Below, piece after piece: positions 19,281-28,174 of a stretch of 64,000 nt of DNA. Source of the DNA: Microgenomates group bacterium ADurb.Bin219 (GTDB lineage Bacteria > Patescibacteriota > Microgenomatia > UM-FILTER-40-11). A model generated the notes under the pieces. That model searched no databases, was not told the DNA's origin, and saw only the letters and a program-made list of their open reading frames with translations. The position numbers and the translations under genes were made by a program. The stretch's first letter is position 1; each line of letters opens with the position of its first letter. The stretch spans positions 79,164-143,163 of the forward strand of contig MWCH01000002.1 in the NCBI GenBank assembly GCA_002069945.1. The letters are read 5' to 3'.

Positions 19281-20096
19281 TTAATTCTTTTTGGTAATTT
19301 TTTTAATTTTCAAACTAGCCAATCCTCCCCAACCGTTAACGGAATACTGCTGGATTATAGAGAAAAAAGAAAACAAAAACCAGTAGATAACCAAACCGGA
19401 AGGAAAAGAAAGTCCCAAAAGCAAGGTTGTCAAAGGAATCATATAAACCATCTGGGTTTGCATTGCCGAAGAAAAATCATCGGTTTTGGTTTCGGTTTTT
19501 TTTGACTCTTCGGCCAACATCTTTGTTTGCGACGACATCATTTTCGCGGACATAAATTGAAGAACAGCCGACAAAATCAAAAAAATTCCCGGCAAGGCCG
19601 GCATTGAAGGCAACTTAATCACGTCCGGACGGCTGAGATCCAGCCAAAGAAATTTCAAATTTAAAGATTCTGAGGCGGGGAGTCGCAAAAGGGGATAAAG
19701 AATCTGGTTTAATTTGGTAATTACTTCGGTTCCGTCCGGCCTTAAAACCTGATTAAAAGCCTGAAAAAGAGCGATCAGGACCAGGTATTGAATAATTTGC
19801 GGCAAACAACCGGCAGCCGGATTAACACCGGCGTTCTTGTAAAGTTCCATTTGAGCCTGGGCCAATTTTTGTTTATCTTCGCCGTGCTTTTTTTTCAGTT
19901 TTTCCAGCTCGGGCGCCAAAGCTTGCATCTTTTTGGCCGCTTCCAATTGCGGTTTCATCAAGGGCATTACCAGAAGCCGAACCAAAGCCGTTAAGGCAAC
20001 AATTGCCCAGCCCAAATTATTGCCGAATAATTTATAAAAAAAGATTAACCCGTTAACCAAGGGCTGATAGAGTAATGTAGACCAAAGTTGAGACAT
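19281..20096 (-). CDS. yidC: Membrane protein insertase YidC/Oxa1 (short form)
   Basis: 5 TM core, conserved YidC C-terminal region (MQTQMVYMIPLTTLLLGLSFPSGLVIYWF), basic C-terminal tail; synteny with yidD/rnpA. Confidence 0.85.
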   Translation of the reverse strand: MSQLWSTLLYQPLVNGLIFFYKLFGNNLGWAIVALTALVRLLVMPLMKPQLEAAKKMQALAPELEKLKKKHGEDKQKLAQAQMELYKNAGVNPAAGCLPQIIQYLVLIALFQAFNQVLRPDGTEVITKLNQILYPLLRLPASESLNLKFLWLDLSRPDVIKLPSMPALPGIFLILSAVLQFMSAKMMSSQTKMLAEESKKTETKTDDFSSAMQTQMVYMIPLTTLLLGLSFPSGLVIYWFLFSFFSIIQQYSVNGWGGLASLKIKKITKKN

Positions 20097-20169
20097 AAAA
20101 TAAGTTAAAAATTAAAAAATGAAAAATTACAATTCAAAATTAAAAATTTTAAAATTTTTCCGTTGTTTT

Positions 20170-20406
20170 TCATTTTAAAGGATCAAAACCGCCTTTGTTC
20201 AAAGGGTGACACCGCGAGATCCTTTTGAGGCCTTTCCAGCCTCCAGCCAGTATACCATATTTCTCAATTGCCTGATAGGTATATTCGGAGCAGGTCGGAG
20301 TAAAACGACAAACTTTATCGGTGAGAAATAGGGTCTTTAAAATTCTTGACCGAAAGAACCAGGACTTTTGATAAAGCCGAATAAGCTTAAGAATAAACCT
20401 TTTCAT
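20170..20406 (-). CDS. yidD: Membrane protein insertion efficiency factor YidD
   Basis: [19 protein letters not shown] ... RCHP signature. Confidence 0.85.
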   Translation of the reverse strand: MKRFILKLIRLYQKSWFFRSRILKTLFLTDKVCRFTPTCSEYTYQAIEKYGILAGGWKGLKRISRCHPLNKGGFDPLK

Positions 20407-20431
20407 CTAGCTCTGTCTCTATCTCTTACCC

Positions 20432-23089
20432 TTACTTGCTTGTGTATTCAATTTTCTGTTTTTCCTCAATTACGGCCTGAGCGGCAGCCAAGCGGGCAAT
20501 CGGCACCCGGTAAGGGGAGCAGCTGACATAATTCATTCCGGCGCGATAACAGAATTTAACACTGTTTGGCTCGCCGCCGTGTTCTCCGCAAATACCGATT
20601 TCCAATTGGCGATTGGTCTGCCTTCCTTTTTCAATCCCAATTTTAACCAATTGACCGATACCTTCCTGGTCCAAAACCTGGAAAGGATCTTCTTTGAGGA
20701 TTTTTTTCTCAAGATAGACTCGGGTAAATTTTCCGGCGTCATCCCGGGAAAAACCCATTCCCATTTGGGTTAAATCGTTGGTACCGAAGGAAAAGAATTC
20801 CGCCTCGGTCGCCAATTGATCGGCGATTAAAGCCGCCCGCGGAACCTCAATCATCGTTCCCACCAGATATTTAATTTTTACTTGGTAACGAGCCATTGTT
20901 TCCTCGGCAACTTTTACGGCCAAGGCTTTTTGATCTTTTAATTCGTTTAAATGGCCCACCAAGGGAATCATAATTTCCGGAATCACCTTGATTTTTTCTT
21001 CTTTTTGAAGCTCGCAAGCGGCGGCAATAATTGCTTCAACCTGCATCTCGGTAATTTCCGGATAGGTAATTCCTAAACGGCAGCCGCGATGACCCAACAT
21101 TGGATTTTGCTCGTGCAATTCTTCGTCTCTGGCCCAAATTTTTTCGGCCGGAACGCCAATAATCTTTGAGAGTTCTTCCGCCTCTTTCTTTGTTTTGGGT
21201 AAAAACTCGTGCAAAGGCGGATCCAAAGTCCGGATGATCACCGGCAAACCGGCCATCTCACGGAACAGGCCTTTAAAATCTTCTTTTTGGAATTTTAACA
21301 ATTTGGCCAAAGCTTTTCGCCGAGTCTCTTCATTGTCCGCCACAATCATTTCCTGCATGTAAGGCAATCTCTCTTCGGCGAAAAACATATGTTCGGTCCG
21401 GCAAAGGCCGATTCCCTCAGCTCCAAATTGGCGGGCCGCTTTAGCATCCCGGGGAATATCCGCATTGGCCCTTACCGCCAGTTTCCGAATCCGATCCGCC
21501 CATTTCATAAATTTGCCGAAGTCGCCGGACAGAGTCGGTTGAATCGTCGCGACTTTGCCCAAAAAAACCTGGCCGAGAGAACCGTCCAAGGAAATCCAGT
21601 CGCCTTCCTTTATAACTACCTCGCCGACCTTAAAAAACTTTTCTTTTTCGTTGACTTTAATCTCTTCACAGCCGGCAACACAACATTTGCCCATGCCCCG
21701 GGCGACCACGGCTGCGTGGGAAGTCATTCCGCCCCGGGCAGTCAAAATCCCTTCGGAAACTTCCATCCCGTGAATATCGTCCGGACAAGTCTCCATCCTG
21801 ACCAAAACTACTTTTCTTTCTTTACTTTGGACAAGAGCCTCATCTGCCGAAAAAACAACCTGACCGACCGCGGCGCCAGGAGAAGCGGGTAGTCCCTTGG
21901 TCAAAACTTCGGTTTTGGCCTTCGGATCAATAACCGGATGTAATAACTGGTTAATCTGTTCCGGCTCAACCCGCATTAAGGCTTCTTCTTCCGTTATTAA
22001 TTTTTCCTTAACCATATCAACCGCAATTCTGACAGCCGCCAAAGCCGTCCTTTTCCCGGTTCTGGTTTGCAACATGTAAAGCTTGCCTTTTTCAATCGTA
22101 AATTCAAAATCCTGGACATCACGAAAGTGTTTTTCCAACCGATCGGTTATTTGACGCAATTGACGATAAACGGCCGGCATTTCCTTTTCCAGTTGGTTGA
22201 TCGGTCGGGGAGTCCGAACACCGGCAACCACATCCTCTCCCTGGGCATTGGTCAGATATTCGCCGTAAAATTTATTTTCGCCGGTTGAAGGATTGCGGGT
22301 AAAACCGACCCCGGTCGCGCAATCGTCACCCATATTACCGAAAACCATTGTCTGAACATTAACGGCCGTTCCGAGATTGTCGGAAATTTTATTCATCCGG
22401 CGATAGGTGATTGCCCGCGGATTGTTCCAGCTTTTGAAAACCGCGTCTCTGGCCAAAGCCAATTGTGTCAAAACTTCCTGGGGAAATTCCTTGCCGGTTT
22501 TTTCTTTAACCAACTTTTTATATTGAACAATTACGGACTGTAAATCTTCCGCCGCCAGTTGCGTATCCAGTTTAATTTTCAATTCCTCTTTCTTTTTACC
22601 CAAAATGTCCTCAAATTCCGCTTTTTCAATTCCCAAGACCACATTACCGAACATCTGGATAAAACGGCGATAGGAATCATAACCGAAGCGGGGATTACCC
22701 GTCTTTTCTATCAAGCCAACAACTGTTTCGTCGTTTAGCCCGAGATTTAAAACCGTATCCATCATCCCCGGCATGGAAAATTTGGCGCCGCTGCGAACGG
22801 AAACCAAAAGCGGGTCTTTGACATCGCCGAATTTTTTTCCGACGGTTTTCTCCAATTTAGCAATAGCTTGAAGAAATTGTTTATCAAATCCTGAAGGAAA
22901 ATTGCTTTTATTCTGAGCGAAATAGTTACAGACTTCGGTCGTGATCGTAAAACCCGGAGGTACCGGAACCCCGCTATTAACCATTTCCGCAATTAACGCA
23001 CCCTTACCTCCCAATAAATCCTTCATTTTACCGTTACCGTCGGCTTTGCCCTCGGCAAAGAAGTAAATAAATTTTTTAATTGTTGGCAT
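20432..23089 (-). CDS. ppdK: Pyruvate, phosphate dikinase
   Basis: 885 aa; phosphohistidine domain GGMTSHAAVVARGMGKCCVAG; PEP-utilising TIM-barrel motifs (LCRTEHMF, FSFGTNDLTQ). Confidence 0.9.
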   Translation of the reverse strand: MPTIKKFIYFFAEGKADGNGKMKDLLGGKGALIAEMVNSGVPVPPGFTITTEVCNYFAQNKSNFPSGFDKQFLQAIAKLEKTVGKKFGDVKDPLLVSVRSGAKFSMPGMMDTVLNLGLNDETVVGLIEKTGNPRFGYDSYRRFIQMFGNVVLGIEKAEFEDILGKKKEELKIKLDTQLAAEDLQSVIVQYKKLVKEKTGKEFPQEVLTQLALARDAVFKSWNNPRAITYRRMNKISDNLGTAVNVQTMVFGNMGDDCATGVGFTRNPSTGENKFYGEYLTNAQGEDVVAGVRTPRPINQLEKEMPAVYRQLRQITDRLEKHFRDVQDFEFTIEKGKLYMLQTRTGKRTALAAVRIAVDMVKEKLITEEEALMRVEPEQINQLLHPVIDPKAKTEVLTKGLPASPGAAVGQVVFSADEALVQSKERKVVLVRMETCPDDIHGMEVSEGILTARGGMTSHAAVVARGMGKCCVAGCEEIKVNEKEKFFKVGEVVIKEGDWISLDGSLGQVFLGKVATIQPTLSGDFGKFMKWADRIRKLAVRANADIPRDAKAARQFGAEGIGLCRTEHMFFAEERLPYMQEMIVADNEETRRKALAKLLKFQKEDFKGLFREMAGLPVIIRTLDPPLHEFLPKTKKEAEELSKIIGVPAEKIWARDEELHEQNPMLGHRGCRLGITYPEITEMQVEAIIAAACELQKEEKIKVIPEIMIPLVGHLNELKDQKALAVKVAEETMARYQVKIKYLVGTMIEVPRAALIADQLATEAEFFSFGTNDLTQMGMGFSRDDAGKFTRVYLEKKILKEDPFQVLDQEGIGQLVKIGIEKGRQTNRQLEIGICGEHGGEPNSVKFCYRAGMNYVSCSPYRVPIARLAAAQAVIEEKQKIEYTSK

Positions 23090-23212
23090 AAATACCTCCC
23101 GAAGAATATAGACAACAAAATAACCAAGTTATTTTAACAGAAGAAGATAAGTTTTTGAAGAGATAAGTGAGAAGTGGGGGAAAGAAGCAAGAGGCGGATC
23201 AGAAAAAGAGGA

Positions 23213-23578
23213 TCAGAATTCTCTCAATAATTTCGCCTTTCTAAAAATATTCTCCAGTTCTGGCTCTATCTCTGTCCTCTTTTTCCCGATTATGCCCCTT
23301 TTCCCCAAAAAAATACCATCAATGTCCGGTTTAATCGCTGGCAACAACGAACGAACGGACTCCGAAAGAACCCTTTTAATCCGATTCCTCTCTGTGGCCT
23401 TGATAGAAACTTTTTTGGAAACAATAAAAGCAAATCTGGGAGGAACAGAGAGAGAAACCGACTGGCCAGTTTTTTCTAAAATAAGGACTCCAAAAAGAGG
23501 GGATTGAGATAATTTTCCTTCCTTCTTGACTCTTTCAATTTCCTGATAGTCGTGTAAGCGGTATTGTTTAGGAAGCAC
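23213..23578 (-). CDS. rnpA: Ribonuclease P protein component
   Basis: Basic 121 aa protein, RNR-like motif ATERNRIKRVLSE; located between rpmH and yidD. Confidence 0.8.
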   Translation of the reverse strand: MLPKQYRLHDYQEIERVKKEGKLSQSPLFGVLILEKTGQSVSLSVPPRFAFIVSKKVSIKATERNRIKRVLSESVRSLLPAIKPDIDGIFLGKRGIIGKKRTEIEPELENIFRKAKLLREF

Positions 23579-23691
23579 AACGATAATGTTAAATGTTAAA
23601 ACTTAAACGTCAAATCCAAATTTAAAATGTTAAATCTTTAAAAATTTATAGTTTAGTTTTGGTTTTGAATTTTGAGATTTAAGCTTTGAGT

Positions 23692-23829
23692 TTAAACTGT
23701 TAGTTTTTTTCTTCCTACCTGTCTTCTTCTTCCCAAAGTTTTTCTGCCACCAACCGTTTTCATCCTTTGGCGAAAGCCGTGGACTCTTTTTCTTTTAAGT
23801 TTTTTTGGTTGCCAAGTTCGTTTAGGCAT
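23692..23829 (-). CDS. rpmH: 50S ribosomal protein L34 (45 aa; below the ORF-track size cutoff)
   Basis: Manual translation of the minus strand gives [45 protein letters not shown], a near-canonical L34; expected position upstream of rnpA. Confidence 0.85.
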   Translation of the reverse strand: MPKRTWQPKKLKRKRVHGFRQRMKTVGGRKTLGRRRQVGRKKLTV

Positions 23830-23937
23830 AAAATAATATTACCACATTAAAGAATAAAAGAGAAGAGAAGATCGAGAAAAAAGTAAAAAAACTACTCCTT
23901 GTCTAATCTCTTTCCTCTCTTGCTCTAAATTCCCTGT

Positions 23938-23966
23938 TGACACATTGTGGATAACTATTTTATTAT
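23938..23966 (+). promoter_or_regulatory. Putative dnaA promoter (TTGACA, 17 nt spacer, TATTAT) with a consensus DnaA box inside the spacer
   Basis: ttgaca 23938-23943, tattat 23961-23966, perfect DnaA box tgtggataa (reverse of TTATCCACA) at 23946-23954; 75 nt upstream of the dnaA ATG. Confidence 0.4.
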
Positions 23967-24040
23967 GACTTCACCAGTCTAAACTTGAGTCTTCGTTTTA
24001 TTAAATCGTTAAACTAAATCTCCTGCTCAAATAAACCGAA

Positions 24041-25381
24041 ATGAATAACGAATCATTGTGGAAAAACGTATTAGAGGAAATCAAACTCTTCCTTTCCAAG
24101 GCCATCTTCCAAACTCTTTTTCAAAACTCCTGCCTTGTTTCTTTGGAAAATAATGTCGCCACTATCGGTTGCCCTTCCTCTTATATCCAAAACTTGATTG
24201 AGGCCCGTTATTACAGCCTGATTAAAGACATCTTGGACAGGCAAACCAAACAAAACAACAGCCTGGTTTTTACCGTTAAACCTTTGGTTAAAAAAACAGG
24301 GGATTTAGGTCCTTTGTTTTCGACGGAAGAACCGGCTCCGGCCGTCTTTGAAAGCCAAAGCGCTAACTTAAGAAAGGATTATACTTTCGAAAATTTTGCC
24401 GTTTCTTCAATTAACCAATTGGCTTACGCCGCCGCCACTGCGGTCGCCAAAAATCCGGGAAATGCCTATAATCCTCTTTTTTTCTGGGGCGGAACCGGGG
24501 TCGGTAAAACCCATTTGATGCAAGCGATTGGTCACGAAATCTTAAAAAACAAGCCGCAAACCAAAATAATTTATTGCATGGGCGAAGAATTTACCAACGA
24601 AATCATCAATGCCATCCGTTCCAAAACCACGGACGGATTTAAAAAGAAATACCGTTCCGCCAAGGTTTTATTGTTGGACGATGTGCAATTTATCGCCGGC
24701 AAAACCACGGTTCAGGAAGAATTTTTTCATACTTTCAATACTCTCCAGCGCGAAGGCGGTCAGATTGTCTTAACCTCCGACCGGCCGCCGGAGGAGATTC
24801 CCAAACTGGAAGAAAGACTGCGCTCCCGTTTTGAAGCCGGTTTGATTATTGATACTCCGGCCCCGGATTTTGAATTACGAACCGCAATTTTATTGATTAA
24901 AGCCAAGCAAAAGGGGATTGAATTACCGATGGATATTGCCCAGGCGATTTCCGCCAATATTGACTCCGTCAGAAAAATCGAAGGTTTTTTAATTAGATTA
25001 TTAACCGAGATGGAAGCCAAAAAAGTCAATCTGACTCCCGAACTGGTTAATTCGTTCCTGGGGAAAGCAACCGAAGAAACCGGTAAGCTCAAAAAACAAA
25101 TCAAGCCCAAAGAAGTGATTGAGGCGGTGGCGGAATATTATCACTTAAAAAGCAGCCAGTTAAAAAGCCCGACCCGTTTAAAAAATATTGTCCTTCCGCG
25201 CCAGGTTTTGATGTACCTATTGAGAACCGAATTGGGGATTCCTTTAATAGAAGTCGGTAATTTATTGGGAGGAAGAGATCATACCACTATTATGCACGGT
25301 GTGGAAAAAATTACCAATCTACTCACCAACAATGAGGATTTAAGGGTGGATATTTCCGGGATAAAACAAAGAATTATTTAG
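24041..25381 (+). CDS. dnaA: Chromosomal replication initiator protein DnaA
   Basis: AAA+ Walker A GGTGVGKTHL, Walker B LLLDDVQF, sensor motifs, C-terminal DNA-binding domain LKNIVLPRQVLMYLLRTELGIP ... TTIMHG. Confidence 0.95.
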   Translation: MNNESLWKNVLEEIKLFLSKAIFQTLFQNSCLVSLENNVATIGCPSSYIQNLIEARYYSLIKDILDRQTKQNNSLVFTVKPLVKKTGDLGPLFSTEEPAPAVFESQSANLRKDYTFENFAVSSINQLAYAAATAVAKNPGNAYNPLFFWGGTGVGKTHLMQAIGHEILKNKPQTKIIYCMGEEFTNEIINAIRSKTTDGFKKKYRSAKVLLLDDVQFIAGKTTVQEEFFHTFNTLQREGGQIVLTSDRPPEEIPKLEERLRSRFEAGLIIDTPAPDFELRTAILLIKAKQKGIELPMDIAQAISANIDSVRKIEGFLIRLLTEMEAKKVNLTPELVNSFLGKATEETGKLKKQIKPKEVIEAVAEYYHLKSSQLKSPTRLKNIVLPRQVLMYLLRTELGIPLIEVGNLLGGRDHTTIMHGVEKITNLLTNNEDLRVDISGIKQRII

Positions 25382-25402
25382 CCAAAAGCTAAAGTTATTA
25401 AC

Positions 25403-25640
25403 TTTTCCACAAGAAATCAGGTTTTATCCCCAAAAATATCCACATAAAAATCGGCAGGTATCAACAAAAAGATAACCCGAAAAATAAACAATAAATTGTA
25501 GAATTATTAACTTATAAACAATCTCTACTACTATTACTACTAATTAATAATCATAAGATTAAAGAATTAAAAAATTAACGAATTATTAATTTAATATTCA
25601 TGTTCCAAATCTTAAATTATCGCTACCTGTTACTGGCTAT
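25403..25640 (+). promoter_or_regulatory. Candidate oriC: cluster of three near-consensus DnaA boxes followed by an AT-rich unwinding region
   Basis: Same-orientation 9-mers TTTTCCACA (25403-25411), TTATCCCCA (25424-25432), ATATCCACA (25436-25444), each 8/9 to TTATCCACA; then about 130 bp of very AT-rich sequence (25480-25620) before dnaN. Confidence 0.45.
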
Positions 25641-25713
25641 TAGTCAACGATCGTGTTTATGTCTGTTGTTAAAAAGAAAGTTATAAACTAAAATTAATTA
25701 AAGAAAGGAACTT

Positions 25714-26859
25714 TTGATGAAAATACAAATTCTTCAGGAAAATTTGATTAAAGCTTTAAATACCGCTTCCCGATCAATCTCCGCCAAGGCCCAATTGCCT
25801 GTATTGGCCAATATCTTGATTTCCAGCGACAACAACCAATTGAAAATCAGCGCCACCAATTTAGAGATGGGCGTTAACCTTTGGTTGGGAGCCAAAGTTG
25901 AAGGCGAAGGTTCGGTGACTTTGCCGGCTAAAGTTTTTCAGGAGTATATTGCTTCTCTTCCGCCGGGAAAAATTGATCTGGAAATTAAAGAAAACACGGT
26001 TGAGCTTTCTTCCGGCTCTTATACCGCTTCTTTTAACGGCATCTCGGCCAAAGAGTTTCCTTTATTACCCTTACCGGAAAAGAAAATTTTTACTTTTCCC
26101 GCTAAAGTTTTGACGGAAGTAATTGCGCAAGTTGCTTTTGCTTCGGCTACCGATGAAGGTCGGCCGATTTTAACCGGAGTTTATATCAAAAAAGAAGGCC
26201 AATATCTTTCTTTTGCCGCCACCGACGGCTATCGCCTTTCGGTTAAAAAGATTGCCGGAGAAAAACCGAAAGAAAAAGACGAGATAAAAGAAGAAGAGGA
26301 GACTAAAAATTTGGTTATTCCCGCCCGGACTTTATTGGAAGTTTCCCGAATTATTGCCGACCAGGGAAGTTCTGAAGATACGGTAGTGGAAATGAGTTTG
26401 ACCAAAGACAATAACCAAGCTATCTTTTCCGTTGCCGGAACGGAATTGTCTACCCGGTTGTTGGAAGGCGAATTCCCGGATTACGAAAAAATTATTCCCG
26501 GTCCAAGCGATAGCGAAGTGTCTTTGGATAAAGAGACTTTTAATAAGGCCATTAAAACCGCTTCTATTTTTGCCCGTGATTCCGCTAATATAGTTAGGCT
26601 AAATTTCAAAGAAGGAAAATTAACGGTTTCGGCCAATTCGCCTCAGGTTGGCGAAAACAAAAGCGAGATGGAAGTTAAGATAAATAACGGCGGCGGCGAG
26701 ATTGCCTTCAACTTCCGCTTTTTACTGGATTTTTTAAATTCTATTGAAAGCGAGGAGATTCTTTTCGGGATGACCGGGCCTCTTAATCCCGGAAGTTTCA
26801 AAATAAAAGACGATCCTTCTTTCCTTCATGTAATTATGCCGGTGAGGTTGCAAAGTTAA
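25714..26859 (+). CDS. dnaN: DNA polymerase III beta sliding clamp
   Basis: Three-domain clamp architecture; N-terminus MKIQILQENLIKALNTASRSIS; conserved dnaA-dnaN synteny. Confidence 0.9.
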   Translation: MMKIQILQENLIKALNTASRSISAKAQLPVLANILISSDNNQLKISATNLEMGVNLWLGAKVEGEGSVTLPAKVFQEYIASLPPGKIDLEIKENTVELSSGSYTASFNGISAKEFPLLPLPEKKIFTFPAKVLTEVIAQVAFASATDEGRPILTGVYIKKEGQYLSFAATDGYRLSVKKIAGEKPKEKDEIKEEEETKNLVIPARTLLEVSRIIADQGSSEDTVVEMSLTKDNNQAIFSVAGTELSTRLLEGEFPDYEKIIPGPSDSEVSLDKETFNKAIKTASIFARDSANIVRLNFKEGKLTVSANSPQVGENKSEMEVKINNGGGEIAFNFRFLLDFLNSIESEEILFGMTGPLNPGSFKIKDDPSFLHVIMPVRLQS

Positions 26860-27275
26860 GGCTCTATTTTCCAGATAATTTCATGGGTAGCCGGATCAAT
26901 GCCTTTTTCTTTTACCCAATTTAAGGTTTCTTGGCGGTTGGCTAAAGTATCGGATTTTAAAATAATTTCCAAAGTTAGAGGCTTAAGATAGTCAATTTGC
27001 CAGTTTTTGCTTTTATAGGGAATATAATCAAAAAGAGGGTAATCTCTCTGAATTTCTTTCCGGATTTGCAAAGGAGCGTCAAGGTCTCCCTCGGGAGTCA
27101 TAATTTTTGGTGTCGGCGAAGGAAATAACATTGGCGAAGGCGCAGGAGAAGGGGGAAGGATAATCTTTTCCTGGCTTTTGTCGGTAGTCAGGATAATTTT
27201 CAAACCCAGCAATAACCCGGCGATAATCGCCAGAATCAGAATAAAACGGCTGGTTTTATTTTTAAAAAGATTCAT
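26856..27275 (-). CDS. Hypothetical membrane-anchored protein (N-terminal TM, Pro-rich linker)
   Basis: TM FILILAIIAGLLLGLKIIL followed by PSPAPSPMLFPSPTPK linker; 4 nt overlap with the upstream CHAP gene, suggesting co-transcription. Confidence 0.4.
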   Translation of the reverse strand: MNLFKNKTSRFILILAIIAGLLLGLKIILTTDKSQEKIILPPSPAPSPMLFPSPTPKIMTPEGDLDAPLQIRKEIQRDYPLFDYIPYKSKNWQIDYLKPLTLEIILKSDTLANRQETLNWVKEKGIDPATHEIIWKIEP

Positions 27276-28174
27276 TTGTATCTTAAAAAACCCTGATAAT
27301 TGGTAACAGCGTCATCACTTAAGAATATTTGGCCGGTAGCTCCCCAAGCCTGAGCAACAATAATCTTGGTCTTTCCTTTTGTTTCTACAATAATGCCAAT
27401 ATGACCATATTGGGTGCTGTTTCTTACTGCCAAATCGCCAGGTTTAAGGTCATTGGCGTCGGCTGTTTTAATTTTAGTATAGTTATCGGGGCAACTGCCG
27501 TTTCCGAAAAAATCCTTGGCATTGCCGCAACTTGCCAATAGATGACCAATCGAGGCTTCAATTCCCTTGACGAAGCCGACACATTGCAAATTACCGGCAT
27601 AATCACCGGTTAGATCCACTGATTTTTTAAATTCGTTTCGGATAAGTTCCGAGTTGGGGAAAGGACCAGCCAAAAGACATTTTTCCGTTGTTCCCCAGTT
27701 AGATAAAGTGACTTCCGTTATTTCCTGAGAACAGGCGGCACTGTTGACTTTAATGCCTTCTTTTAGCCAACAAATAACTTCTTCGGCTTTGTGCCTTGTT
27801 TTTTGGCATTGGGGAGGAGAAGTGATGACTTTAACCAGGGTTTTTTGGGAAATAGGAATTTGTTTTACACCAACAAAGTCGGCGAAGCCGGCAGTGATGG
27901 TTATTGCCGCCATTATCGGCAAGAAAAAAAAGACGCCAATACCGATAAGAACAAATTTAGTGGTATTGTCCTTTTCTTTTTCTTGGGGCTTGGCCGAACG
28001 GAGAAAGTCAAGAGCTTTTACTGCCTTGGGTAATTTAGTAGCTAAACTGGTTCCTCCCGTGACAATCGGCAAAAGAACATTCTCGGCCGCGAAGCGGACA
28101 ACTCTTCCGGCTGTTTGTAAAGAAGAATCAAGGGTATTTTTAACGGAATTTTCTTCAGCCATTGTCTTTGACAA
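27272..28174 (-). CDS. Membrane-anchored CHAP-domain peptidoglycan hydrolase (VirB1-functional analogue of Gram-positive-type T4SS)
   Basis: TM FVLIGIGVFFFLPIMAAITITAGF; C-terminal CHAP-like Cys/His block (NLQCVGFVKG ... GDLAVRNSTQYGHIGIIVE); overlaps the VirB4-like gene start. Confidence 0.6.
   Translation of the reverse strand: MSKTMAEENSVKNTLDSSLQTAGRVVRFAAENVLLPIVTGGTSLATKLPKAVKALDFLRSAKPQEKEKDNTTKFVLIGIGVFFFLPIMAAITITAGFADFVGVKQIPISQKTLVKVITSPPQCQKTRHKAEEVICWLKEGIKVNSAACSQEITEVTLSNWGTTEKCLLAGPFPNSELIRNEFKKSVDLTGDYAGNLQCVGFVKGIEASIGHLLASCGNAKDFFGNGSCPDNYTKIKTADANDLKPGDLAVRNSTQYGHIGIIVETKGKTKIIVAQAWGATGQIFLSDDAVTNYQGFLRYK

Noticed and set aside
21389-21892. 167 aa plus-strand ORF (and other ORFs 20533-22992 on either strand) within ppdK
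   Set aside because: Embedded within or antisense to the 885 aa pyruvate phosphate dikinase gene, which has unambiguous family motifs.
23579-23691. Three ATGTTAAA copies in the rnpA-rpmH spacer considered as a CRISPR-like or iteron array
   Set aside because: Only three short AT-rich copies with irregular spacing; more likely AT-rich origin-proximal sequence than a defined repeat element. No CRISPR arrays found anywhere in the window.
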